DNA of 64,000 nucleotides from Selaginella moellendorffii (Eukaryota; Plantae; Lycopodiophyta): NCBI RefSeq assembly GCF_000143415.4, contig NW_003314319.1, positions 1,082,365 to 1,146,364 of the forward strand, read 5' to 3'. Shown piece by piece: positions 26,688 to 39,009 of this stretch (position 1 is its first letter; each line of letters starts with the position of its first letter). The notes under the pieces were generated by a model. It saw only the letters and a program-made list of their open reading frames with translations, ran no database searches and was not told where the DNA came from. The position numbers and the translations under genes were made by a program.

Positions 26688-28265
26688 TCTACTTCGAATA
26701 TCAAATCATGCATTTTCATGGACAATCCATCTACTAGTTTTTTTCTTCTCAATTGGTTCTAAAACTATTAAGGCACTAATTTAATTAATATTTGAAGGAA
26801 CAAAAACTAATGAAATGATGTTCCAAAATGACAAAGCAACAATGATCAGTGATAAAACCACCTGTTTCCTTCAAAGGAGTAGCTTGCACTACCCTAGCTT
26901 TTCAATTTTTATTTCTACAAATGTACCAAGTGTTAAATAATTATACTCCCACAATATACATATTATTGTTTGGAATCAACTCCCCTAAGTTGTTGTAGGC
27001 GAAAAGATTCCAAAATCAAAACTAGAACAATAAAAAGCTCATCAGATAAGATTGAGACTAAGTTTGAAACTAAGTTTGAGATTTGAGATTGGGTTCGAGA
27101 ATTTAGATTTTTTGAGAAGCCACCCAGCCCAGTATTACTCAAACATAAGGAGACTTAACCCCCAAATATCCCAATACTCAAACCTAAGACGTTTTAACCC
27201 CCTAAGTATCCCAAACTAATTGGAAAAAAGGGTGTACATTTGTTATTTCCCTCTATATTTGAACTATAGTTTGTCTCTCAATTTGTTCTTTTTAATTACT
27301 TATAATTTACTATACTTCCTTACAAGTTCATGCTCGTAAATGGAAGTTGAAAACCACAACTTTCCCAAGAGCTTTGCTCTTTTGACACCCTACTATTTAT
27401 GTTGAACTTAATTAAAAGCAAATTAAATTTACTAAATGTCAATTATAACATGTAGTGTAATTCTCTGTCATGTAATTCTCAACATATGATGTAATTCTCA
27501 ATATATAATGTAATTTTGTTATCTTTGATTACTTACAACTACCTAGTTTCTAGAGGGTGGTACAATGAGAATTATTATTTGTTCTATTTGATGCTAAATT
27601 TAATAAATATTTATAATACATCCTAACATATTAAAATGTCAAGTGTGCAATATTCCTGCCCAATAGTTAAAAGATAAATTAGCCCATATAGAAAAAGAAA
27701 TAGAATCACTTTGCAAAAACAGAAAAAATGTGTGTGTTAAGAGGGCTAAAATCACATTGCATTTAGTGTTAGGGCATTGTAAACTTGCTAATGGGCTCTT
27801 TGGTTTTAAATATATGAGAATGGTAAGCAAAATTCCCAACTTCACTAAGGGCATTCCTAGTTATAATAAATTTTCTTATTATTTAGTAATATCTTTTCAG
27901 GCTACTATCAATTTTACCAAAAGGTTCTGATCTCTTTTGTGATTAAAAGACTTGAATCAATTCATTATGAAATTTTTGCATAGACTATGCAATTCATTTC
28001 TTTTTTTTCCTTCACCTTGCTGTAAATAATGTTCACATTGAGCATGTCCAGTAACCATGACAATTCAAATGATCACCTTTATTTTATAGCAAACACATTG
28101 TATGCATCCCTGCATTTTCCATAAATTTTCCACTTAAAGAGAAAAATCCAACCCATAACCGACTACAACTTATGAATGTGATTATCAGTTCAAAGAACTT
28201 CAAGAGAAAAACAAGCATCTAAAGCCATGAGAAGGTGATCTTTTTTTATCTTAGGCCTGCATTTT

Positions 28266-28514
28266 TGTTATGATCCGGCGCAAAAAGACAAAGATCTAGT
28301 TGCCCTAGACTATGCTACGCCACCTCTTGAGGTTCCTCACCACCCAACCACCCCCGAGCTACCTCAAAAGCTCCACTGCGCCACCGCTCCACTGCGCCAC
28401 CGCTCCACTGTGAGCCCTAGGGTAGGTTAAGTCCCTTACCCTAACATGCCTTAATATACCCTTGAGCCTCCCTTTGACCGATGTTGACCACGTAGTCAAA
28501 GCTGGCGCCTAACA
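28266..28514 (-). repeat. Gypsy 3' LTR (249 bp)
   Basis: TGTTA...TAACA ends. PPT GGGGGGGAAGAAT is immediately upstream on the minus strand. Internal 16-bp tandem gctccactgcgccacc. Confidence 0.88.
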
Positions 28515-28588
28515 ATTCTTCCCCCCCAACAAAGTCCTTGTCCCAAGGACGAGTTGTACTGGTGATCACCCTTTCTGGGGAATCCTGC

Positions 28589-31500
28589 TCAAGCTCCTGG
28601 TCCATCTTCCACAGCTGTATACATCAAGGAGGCATTGGGCCCGTCACTCCGAGATAGTACACCTTTCAATTGGCTGACATAAAATACCGGATGAATTTTC
28701 ACCCCAACTGGCAGCCGCACCCAATAAGCCGCTTTACCAATGCGCTCCAACACTTCATATGGACCAGCATATCGATGGGAGAGTTTATCACTCTTCCCTA
28801 TCCGTAAAGGCACCAAGGTGTTCCGCCGCTCACTTGACGGAAAGATCACTCGCACGAAGACGAGATCACCCACCTTATATTCCCAGAATTGGCGATGCTC
28901 ATTAGCAAACTTCTCCGCTCTATCCTTGCAAATTCCATTTGCACACCACCAGAATCTCATCAAGTTCTGTGGCCAGATCAGTTGCCTCGGAATCAAGCTT
29001 ATCTTGAACGTCCTTACTCAAATGCAATCCCAACTCCACCGCTGTTCGAGGATGCCTTCCAAACATCGCAAAGTAAGGACTTAGCTTGGTTCCACTGTGT
29101 TGGCTATTGTTGTAAGCAAATTGCACCAACGGAAGATATAGATCCCACTGTCCTTGCCTTTGACCAATGCTACAACGTAGCATATCCTCCACCACCTGAT
29201 TCACACGCTCAGTTTGCCCATCCGTCTGAGGATGATCTCCACTCGAGAGTTTCAAAGTCACTTGCATAGCCTTTGCAAAGCTTTTCCAAAATCCACTGGT
29301 GAACTTTGAATCTCGATCACTAATGATGTCCTCTGGCAAACCAAAATCAGGAAAAACCTTCTCCAAGTAAACCGCAGCCAAGTCTAAGGCAGTGACAGTC
29401 TTCCGAAGAGCCAACAACCGCACATACTTCGTCAACCGATCTACTATGACCCATACTTGCTCCTTTTGCCTCTGTGTTCGTGGCAAACAAGTGATGAAGT
29501 CCATAGAGATACTACACCAACGGCTCTGAGGAATAGGTAAAGGTTGCAAAAGTCCCCCCGACTTCTCCCGTGGCACCTTAACCCGCTGACANNNNNNNNN
29601 NNNNNNNNNNNNNNNNNNNNNNNNNNNNNNNNNNNNNNNNNNNNNNNNNNNNNNNNNNNNNNNNNNNNNNNNNNNNNNNNNNNNNNNNNNNCATATTCCT
29701 CCAATAAAAGTTGCGCTTAATCAACTCATACGTCTTCTTCCCCCCCAAAATGACCGGCCTCTGGACGATCATGATAGTGGAATAAAACGGGGGTAATTAA
29801 GGCATCCACCCGTGGCAAATATACACGGCCATTGTAGTAGAGAATCCCATCCACCAATGAGAAAGGGGCTTCCATCTGGGCTTGCAAAGAGGCCACCTCA
29901 GCATCCTGAGCCTGAGCATGCTCAACCAACTGCCCAAACTCGCTGACCACCTTACTCAAATGATGACAAAATCGTGTTCGTAACGTCGTCATATGATGAA
30001 CACGAGATAAAGCATCTGCCACCACATTTGATTTTCCCGGACGATGCTCAATAGGAAACTCCCCAAACTCCATGAGTTTGACCATCCAACAAGCTTGCCT
30101 AGTGTTCAACTCCTTCTGTGTGAAAAGATACACAAGTGGTTTGTGATCTGTCAACACCACGAACACTGCACCATAAAGATAGTGCCGCCACGTCCGCAAA
30201 ACATGAACAATAGAGAGTAACTCTTGCTCATATGTGGAATAGCGTTGCTCCGCGGAATTCAAAGTTTGACTTTCATATGCAATAGGCTGTCCCTCTTGCA
30301 TGAGAACTCCTCCCAGTGCATAACCACTCGCATCGCATGTCACCTCGTAAGGTTTCGATGGATCAGCAATGCGAAGCACTGGAGCCTCGCTCAACAATCG
30401 TTTCAGCGCCACAAAACTCTCCTCTTGTGGCGTCTTCCACTCGAATGGCACATTCTTGCGTAACAACTGCGTCAAAGGAATAGCCACCTCTGCAAACTTA
30501 TGCTGGAAACATCGGTAGTAACTAGCTATACCAAGAAAACTGCGCAACTCGGCCACTGTAGTCGGTGTAGGCCAGTTTTCCACCACAGCCACCTTCCTTG
30601 GATCCGTCTTGACACCCTTAGATGTCACAATATGGCCTAGATATTCCACCTCTGACTTTGCAAATTCACATTTGCTCTTCTTCGCATAAAGTTTGCTGTC
30701 TCGGAGTAACAAAAGAACCTTGCGCAAATGCACCCTATGCTCCTCCATATTCTTGCTAAAAACAAGAATATCGTTCAAGAAAATCTCCACAAACTCATGA
30801 AGATAACGCCCAAATACCTCCATCATCAACCAAGTAAATGTCAAACCAAACGGCATAACGGTAAACTCAAAATGTCCGAAGCTTGTGTTGAATGCCGTCT
30901 TGGAGATAGATGCATCATCCATTGCAATCTGATGATATCCACTCCTCAGATCAATCTTGGTAAACACTCGTGCTTCACCAAGCTTGTCCAGGATATCATC
31001 CACACGTGGCATCGGCATCTTGTCCTTCACTGTCTTCTTGTTTAAAGCACGGTAGTCAATACACATCCGCATTGAACCGTCCTTCTTCTTCACAAGCAAG
31101 ACCGGAGCACCAAACGGAGACTTACTTGGCTGAATAAATCCAAACTCAAGTAACTCTTTGACTTGTCGTTGAACTTCTTGCTCCTCCGCATAACTTAACC
31201 GAAATGGACGCCGGTAAATTGGCCGCGTCCCCGGCTCCAATGTAATCCCATGCTCCACACCTCGTAACGGAGGTAATCCATGAGGAAGTTCAGATGGAAA
31301 AACATCAGAAAACTCATCAAGTACATCCCGTACTGCTGCTTCTCCCCCACACGTGCCTTGGTCCCCCAAGTCACGAACAAACAGCAAGTAACTTGAAAGT
31401 GCTTTTCCATTACGACAAGCCCGCTTCAAAGATGTAGCAGAGAGCATAACAACTGGTGGTTGAACGCCCTCGCCAAACCACACATCTTTAATGCCACCAT

Positions 31501-32961
31501 ATTCCAGCGAGATACGCTTAATGCTCCACTTTATCTCTGGATCCACCTTCACCAACCATGGCATCCCAAGAATGAGATCCACACGATGGATATCCGCGAG
31601 ATAAAAAGTCTCCACAAGTGTGGTTTTGCCAACCAACACTTCCAGCCCCTCGACACAAGTATCGAAATGCTGAGCAGAGGTAGCTGCACCTTCCACTGTG
31701 TATGGAAGAACTCCACGTGTGTTCAGGCGATGCTCTGCAACAAACTTTGCCGAAACAAAGTTGTCATCGCTCCCACTATCCAGTAAAATCCGCACTGGAT
31801 CGCCACGGAACACGCCCTCCAGCATTAAAGCTGATTCACGCGTATCCTCGAGCTCCATCTTGTTCCACACACAGTTGAGTTGACGAGCAACGATCGAAAG
31901 TCTCTTCTGCCGACCGGAATGGTCGTTCTCGTCATCCTCACGCTGTAAAGCTTGCAACTTTTTAGTATCTGACTTACCGTGAGAAGATGATTGGCCATTC
32001 TTCTTGTCCTGCTGCTTGTTCTTCAACTGCGGACAATCAACCTTGTAGTGTCCAAGTTCGCCGCAATGATGACAACCTTGTCTATAATTCTTCACAAAGA
32101 ACTTCTGCTTCTTGGACACCTTTGCATCCGAGGTAGTCACCACTGACTTCAACTTGTGATGCTTGTTCCCATCCTTGTGTCCACGGCGATCATCACGACG
32201 ATTCTCGACAAAAGGACTCCGCGAACGCTTGTGAGACTTGTGCATGTCATTGTTAAGTCGACGAGCCGCATCAAAGAGCTCCTCCAAACTCTTTGTAGGC
32301 TGAGAATGACGCAAGTGTTGCCGCATGCTCTCACTATGTAGGCCATCAATGAAGTAGGACTTGTTTTGATCTAGATCCTTTGTTGGAACACGACTAATCA
32401 AGCGAGTAAGCTTCTCAATATAATCCCTGAGCGTCATTTTCCCTTGCTGGAAATGGCGAAGTTCTGTACGAGCATTCTCCACGTCGTAATGAGGGGCAAA
32501 ACGTAAACGGAAAGCAGCCTCAAACTCATCCATGGTAGACACTGGTGGTTTCTTATCCGCAACACGGGACTCCTCAAGCCAATTCCACCATCGAAGACCT
32601 GCATCACGCAAAACCATCGGAATAGCCACTAAAGCCTCTGCATCCGGAGTTCCTCTAGCAGCCAAGAACTTCTTCACATTAGCTAGCCAAGCGAGACACT
32701 CGTCCACACCACCATCACCGGAAAAGGTTGGAATCTTGAGTCGATCTACCAAAGAGGAATAGCCACTAAAGCCTCTGCATCCGGAGTTCCTCTAGCAGCC
32801 AAGAACTTCTTCACATTAGCTAGCCAAGCGAGACACTCGTCCACACCACCATCACCGGAAAAGGTTGGAATCTTGAGTCGATCTACCAAAGAAGGCTTAC
32901 TTGGAGCGCTACCCCGTCTAGCCTCGAGTGCCTCAACACACCCACGCATGGTATCCATCAT
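28589..32961 (-). CDS. Ty3/gypsy gag-pol polyprotein, disrupted (main ORF 29726-32752; integrase 28589-29772 across frameshifts and an N-gap)
   Basis: Zinc knuckle CHHCGELGHYKVDC, protease ILLDSGS, RT (KKKDGSMRMCIDYRALN, KIDLRSGYHQI, FLND in place of YxDD), RNase H (CDASGYALG, YSTYEQELL), integrase (ISMDFITCLP, SDRD, GQTERVNQ), GPY/F module (GPYEV...HPVFYVSQLK). Confidence 0.95.
32619..32892. repeat. 137-bp tandem duplication in gag
   Basis: 32619-32755 equals 32756-32892 by eye. The length is not a multiple of 3, so gag is frameshifted. Confidence 0.92.
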
Positions 32962-32963
32962 TC

Positions 32964-33356
32964 TGTTAGGATCCTATCCCTTACACCCTAAGCCAACTAG
33001 CTAAAGGGGTGATCACTTGATTGTAGGGCCCTTTCTTTATCCTATTATCCTGACCTGGTGCCTAACAATCCTCCCCTCGTCAGGGAATGATCGTCCTCGA
33101 TCATACTTAGGCCATCCTCCGGTCACCATGGTCCTTCTCTTAGGGTCTACCAAACCTTGGTTCTCCCTCTAGATTCACCATGTTGAATATTCCTTTAAAA
33201 TATTTTTGCCCCACTCGTCAGCCACAAGAATCGAACTAGGCTCCGATACCATTGTTAGGATCCTATCCCTTACACCCTAAGCCAACTAGCTAAAGGGGTG
33301 ATCACTTGATTGTAGGGCCCTTTCTTTATCCTATTATCCTGACCTGGTGCTTAACA
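32964..33356 (-). mobile_element. Complete TRIM family 1 (393 bp)
   Basis: 104-bp LTRs at 33253-33356 and 32964-33067 differ at one visible base. PBS TGGTATCGGAGCC (33251-33239), 185-bp non-coding interior, PPT GAGGGGAGGAT. Confidence 0.93.
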
Positions 33357-33986
33357 ATTTTGCTCTATCAGAAATGTATATTGCAACTTTCCATGCCAAG
33401 TATATGTGCTAAATGACAATCGTCCAAGGCTCAAAACTCCACTAAAACATAATTGCACTTCAAGACTATTGCTCAACTAATAAGAACCCTTCCAGACACA
33501 AGTATGCATAGAGGTGGATTGCTTGCTTACCACACTCATGCAACACGTACACACTGATCATCGTGTTTCATCCTGCTCAATCAAATGCATCTCAATGAGC
33601 CCACACTTTCCATACATATAAACTCAACTACTAGAAAGAATTCAAGCACAGATTTACTTGCCCTTGGAGAGAATCTCCCAGCACAGTGCAAACACCCATG
33701 GCCTTCAGAAGAGTGATCTCATTGCCCTCCATGCCTCCAAGGGTGCGAACTCTTACTCCAAGTACGTTTCTCAGTGGTCGAGGCTTTTGAGAGGTAAAAT
33801 CGAACCCTATCCTCCTTTTGCCCTTTCTTTTGTCGATCTTCCAGCTCGTAAGTCCTCAAATCCCGAAACGATGATGAAAGAATCGCTTGGAACAGGTCCG
33901 GAAGTTTCGAATCAAAGAAATGGCAAGGGCGATGGAACAACGAGCGCTGGGGCGTGGGCGATCCGATCGCGCAGCTCGCCGCCAAG

Positions 33987-34523
33987 CCCGCTTGCAACTA
34001 CAAGTAGTGTCTATCTGGAGCTGGAGGAGAGCTTGGCGAAGCACTTGGCTGGAGATCTCAGCGAAGAAACAGGCATCAACTTCGCGGACAGTCGTGTTTT
34101 CAGTCTCAGCCCTGCTCCAAGTCGGGTGTTCGCGTCCTCCTCAGGCTCTCTTTTGCTGGCACACACAGCGAGCTTGATCTCGGCATCACTTGGACAGCCC
34201 CGGTGGATTGGTCTCCGGCTCGGGCTCAGTTCTACACAAGCTGGTACTTGGCTGGCAGCGGGAATGCAAGGGGATCCATCGTGATTTCGTTTCGGGCAAA
34301 TGATGGTTCTTCCTGGGACTGTTACTCTCCAGGCATCGAGGCAGGCGAGGATGATACCGAGGTATGTTCGTTTGAATGGCCACACGCTACAGGTTTCGTT
34401 GGATTGCCGAAACGTGGAGTTTTGGGACTGATGAGATTCACACCAGCAGAAGATCGCAAAGCTCCTGTGGCTGTGGAGATTGCTCTGCGAGTTTCTATTG
34501 CAACCCAGGCCATAACTCTTGAC
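33987..34523 (+). pseudogene. PIG-T: PIG-T/GPI16 fragment, cassette A copy 3
   Basis: Near-identical to 111-647. Fused in frame to an unrelated leader starting at ATG 33871. Confidence 0.87.
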
Positions 34524-37500
34524 GATCCATTACCACGATGATCGATTCACAACCCAAGAGGGGGCTTTGCCAAGGACGAAACGCCGAGCAGCACGAATGC
34601 GGGGGATAATCTCGTCTGGTGGGCGATCTAACAAAAACGCCATGGATTTCGCAAAGACCCCTGTCATATGGTTCAAGTACATGGTATGATTTTTTTAATA
34701 CGGGAACCCGGTTGCCGAGATGATGGCTATCAGGTAAGTGTAGAGGTAAACCGTTGTAGAAGACCCGGGTTCGATGCCGAAGGGTCCACTCAACAAGGAC
34801 TTTTATGCAAAAATTTTGCTAAATAAGGAGCCATTATTCTGGTTCGCCGGCTCACAAAAACAGCTTAGACCAGTCATTTAGGACATCGGTCTCCCAAAAC
34901 AAACGTTTCGGGTTCGATTCTCTTCCCGATATTTGTAAATACCAAATACTGAATCATCGTCGATCATCAATGCGGATGCTCTGGCATCGCGACGCTGGAG
35001 TTGCGCAGATTGACGTGGGCAAGCTGGAGACTGCGGCGGCTGTGATAATCCATTTCCTGGCCTATCGGCGCAGCGGCGGCTCCAGCCCTGGCAGCTGATT
35101 CTCTTGTCTCGTCTGATTCCATTGACAAGACATGATCGATCGCAGGCGCTCCTCCTGTCGCTCCTCCTCCTCCTCGCAGTGTAGCTTTCTCGACGCTGAC
35201 CTTGTGTTTGGCGCCCTGGCGGCGGGATACGTTTTCAGGGACCAAGGTTGAGAGGTATGAACTTCCAGAGAAGTAGACTTTGTAAGCTTTCGGTGTGATC
35301 TTTCCAGGTTCAGGGCTGTGCTTGGAGCATCGACGCCACACATTCACCATCCATTCCTGTCACGAACAGGCAATTCCATCCTCAGGCAGCTCAAGTGGAC
35401 GAAGTTCTCCATGTGCCTGGTGGGTTTGGGGGAATCAAACAAGCCCGCTTTTTCTCGGAGAGACTGCCGTCCTGCCCGAGCTTGATACTCCTCCCGATTT
35501 TAGCACCCAAAAATCACCCCGATTCTTGAGACGCATCAAGGATATTTACTAGCCAGACTTCCATGGTGCATTGATCTGCCACAGGAGAACTAAATCTCTC
35601 GTACCTCTTGATTATTGCTAGTGAGAGCAGCAGGAGCTTGATGGTGCAGAACTACCACTTTCTGTTCTATCTGGAAGCGTCCCAGTTGTCACCGCACCAA
35701 ATGCCACGAACTTTCAATTGTTATCTAGGGCATAAAATGAGTAACTATCACAAATATTCTTTTGCATAGCTCGAACCAAGGCACCACTGGACTACTGATC
35801 TTTCATAACATTATTAAGAAAGGAAGGCTTTAATGTGAAAAAAGCCTGATCTTGTCCATAACCAATAAGAGGTGGGAGAGAGGATCAACAAGCAATCCCA
35901 AAGTGTATGCGACATTTCTACTTCCATACTTTTTATGCTAGAACCAGTGCATCTTAGATTCTTTGACAAGGAGAGGCATTAAAATAGCATCAAACTTGTA
36001 AATAGGTACTGTGAATCACCTTGACCACATCAAAATAAAAAGTAATACTGTGTTGATCTCCAGAAATTGAAGAGTAGTATCAATTAAGGCTTTTCATAGA
36101 TAACAAATTTTCTTGTGATCTCTTTACTCTTTAGTGAAATTCCATAAAATTTTATTTTGCTAAACACTGGAAATATATATTGTGCCATAACATTAGAAAG
36201 ATTAGTAATAACTCCTTGTTCTACTATTGAAAAATTATTCAAATATGCCAACAATTTCATAAATGTTATCACAACAATATAAATATTTATTAATATGAAC
36301 ATTCATATGAGCTTGTTTTTATTAATATAAGCATTGCTATGAGCTCCTTTTTATAATAAAAGGTCTCCTATTATTCTCTCCGTGTCACTTGGGGGGTTCT
36401 ATGGCTGATGCTGATGCTATTTCTCGAGCTCCTCTTCATTCTTCACTCTCTTCTCATGTTTTTGACGAGCCTATTCTTCTAGCATCTGTGGATTTTCTAG
36501 ACGAGGAGGTTACACAATAATGTTCCATATGCCCGCCTAAAATAGGAGAATCATGGTAACCATGGAGAAATTGTGGAATTAATATGGAAGGCACCACCAG
36601 ATGTAAATGATCATCAGAATTTGTCTTTACAAAATAAAGAAGGCCATCTTCATATTTAGGTTATAGTTTATAAAGTTTAGTTAGTTAATAACATCTTTTT
36701 ATGCATTTTTTAGCATAATTAGATAACAATTCCCTCATCCTAATTCAAATAGTTTTCTAAAAACTTGCAACATTGTTTAAACAAATAATAAAAACTAAAA
36801 TCAACTCTCCAAGTAAAGCAGAAACACCAGCACTTGAACAAGAGAAGGAAAAACAATACTCACCTCCCTCCAGGAGTTACAGTGGAAAAAGTTGGCACTT
36901 GTGAAGGCAACATTACCCTTACTATTGTGGAACAGAAGTTCTCCACTTATACATCTTTTGCTTAAAGTTTCTCCTTATTGCTAGCTTTAGTAGCAAACAC
37001 AAGAAAGTGTAGCATAGCTTGCAATGCAGCAACTTTGCTACTTCATTTTTGCCAGGATACATGAAAGATATAAGAGGTGGGATAGAGGATCAGCAAGCAA
37101 TCCCAAAGTGTATGCGACATTTCTACTTCCATATTTTTTATGCTAGAACCAGTGCATCTTAGATTCTTTGACAAGGAGAGGCACTAAAATAGCATGGGCA
37201 TCACTTTGACCACATCAAGATAAAAAGTAATACTGTGTTGATCTCCAGAAAATTGAACACTAGTATCAGCAAGGCTTCTCATAGTTCTTGTATTTCTGGG
37301 ACATGTGTATAGTGCCATTTATTAAGCTCAATGAGAATAGAATTAACACCTTTAGCCTCATAGAATTTTACATTGGTGATTCCACAATGGGTACTAGTAT
37401 AGGCAAGTTTATCAATTGAACAAAATTTACTCAATTTCTTAGCATTCAAAATTGTTGAGTACATTGTCCTATTAAAAGGTGAGCCAAGAAATATATACTT

Positions 37501-39009
37501 ATAGATGGTGTACGTCTTAGTCAAATATATGTTGTTAGTCTTAATATTTATGAATTTGAGATTTTATAGCCTAATTCAACTGTTTCTTTTTAGATCATTC
37601 CATTTAAGGAGGTTTATTTATCCTATGCAAAGATTCTTTTCATTTGGCAAGTAAACATTGTGCCTTCAAAATGTTGAAAATGTGTGGTCTTGATATTGCA
37701 CCAATTGTGGATATACTATTTGGTTTATATCCCCTTCCATTTGGAATCTGTGTTGTTGACAAGAGGTGGTAGCTCGAAGAAAATATTGTTGTAGAAGGAT
37801 AGAAATTCGCTCACAAGCCTATACAAAAACAAGTGCACGTCAAGTGAATTCGGCGCTGACACTAACATGACTTCTCCACTTGAACTAAAAGAGGACGAGA
37901 GAATAATGATTAACTCTTGCTTCACATTCACTTTAGCTAGAGCACATTTGGGCACTTTGACTGAAGATCCAAAAATTTGAATCTCCTTTAACTTAGAATT
38001 CTGTAAATCCTATTGTTATCCACCCTTACTTACACCAGAAAGAAGAAACTCTGAGTTTGCAACTATACTGGTGCTGTTGTGAATCACAACCTTTAAAGAA
38101 ATAGAGCCAAGACAAAGATTAAAATGTTGACATAACAAACTTTTAGAAATAATATTCTGAGAGAATGAAAGAAGTGGGTGATCTCGAAAATGAAGAAGAA
38201 ACCTCTCCATCCTTTTTAATAGATTTTAGAGTTTTCTCTCTTTATGCTACTTGTAAAAATCTATAGTGAAACACAATTGAAATTTAAATAAAGCAATAAG
38301 AAAAATATCAACAATGTACAAAATGAATTCAAATTCTATAGTAAATTTAACATGTACAAGTGTGACAATATTAATATTACTGTTATCTATTATGATATTT
38401 GATGCATGTTATACACATAGATCCAAGGAAGGATTTTCAGCACATGAAGTTTGATAGTTAATAATGATACTAGTAATGATATTTTGCTATAGCATGTCAA
38501 ATGAAGAGATCTAATTTGATTGTGGGTATACGTGATATGTCAAGTTGTCAAATTTTAAGTGGTAGATGATAATAAATCTTGTTAAATCTTATTCTTCAAT
38601 GACAGATTTGATTCGTAGTACAACTCAAGTTTTATCCATAATTGTGAACACTACTCAATGACATTTAAAGCACGTGCCTATTGTTTAGGATCTAATACAA
38701 CACAAAATAAATTTCTGGATGAGGATTCATCCATTCATAGATGGATATAGTACAACATATTTTAATGTGCCTTATTTATACTCTTTAAAGTTCTTGTAAC
38801 AATTCCAAAATATGTACAAAATATTGATGAGAATGCATCCTTTGTAGATAATTTGTAAAAAAAAATCATATCTCTAATAACAGAAATGTTGATAGGTGCT
38901 AGTTATATCATCATTAAAATATACAAAATAAAAAAGCATAATTCACATATAATAATAATGATAAGATAAAATAAGATCGAAGATATTGTGATGGTTGAGA
39001 TTTAGGTTA

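Larger units (their letters stand above)
28266..33356 (-). mobile_element. Composite TRIM + Ty3/gypsy insertion with 5-bp TSD ATTTT
   Basis: ATTTT at 28261-28265 and 33357-33361. The empty site (reverse complement of gcctgc-atttt-gctcta) is seen near 56590-56606, and with one base fewer near 22176-22191. Termini TGTTA...TAACA. Confidence 0.93.
27099..36082 (+). repeat. Cassette A copy 3, split by the composite LTR insertion at 28266-33356
   Basis: 27099-28265 plus 33357-36082 rejoin to give the reverse complement of 19460-23370. Confidence 0.92.
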
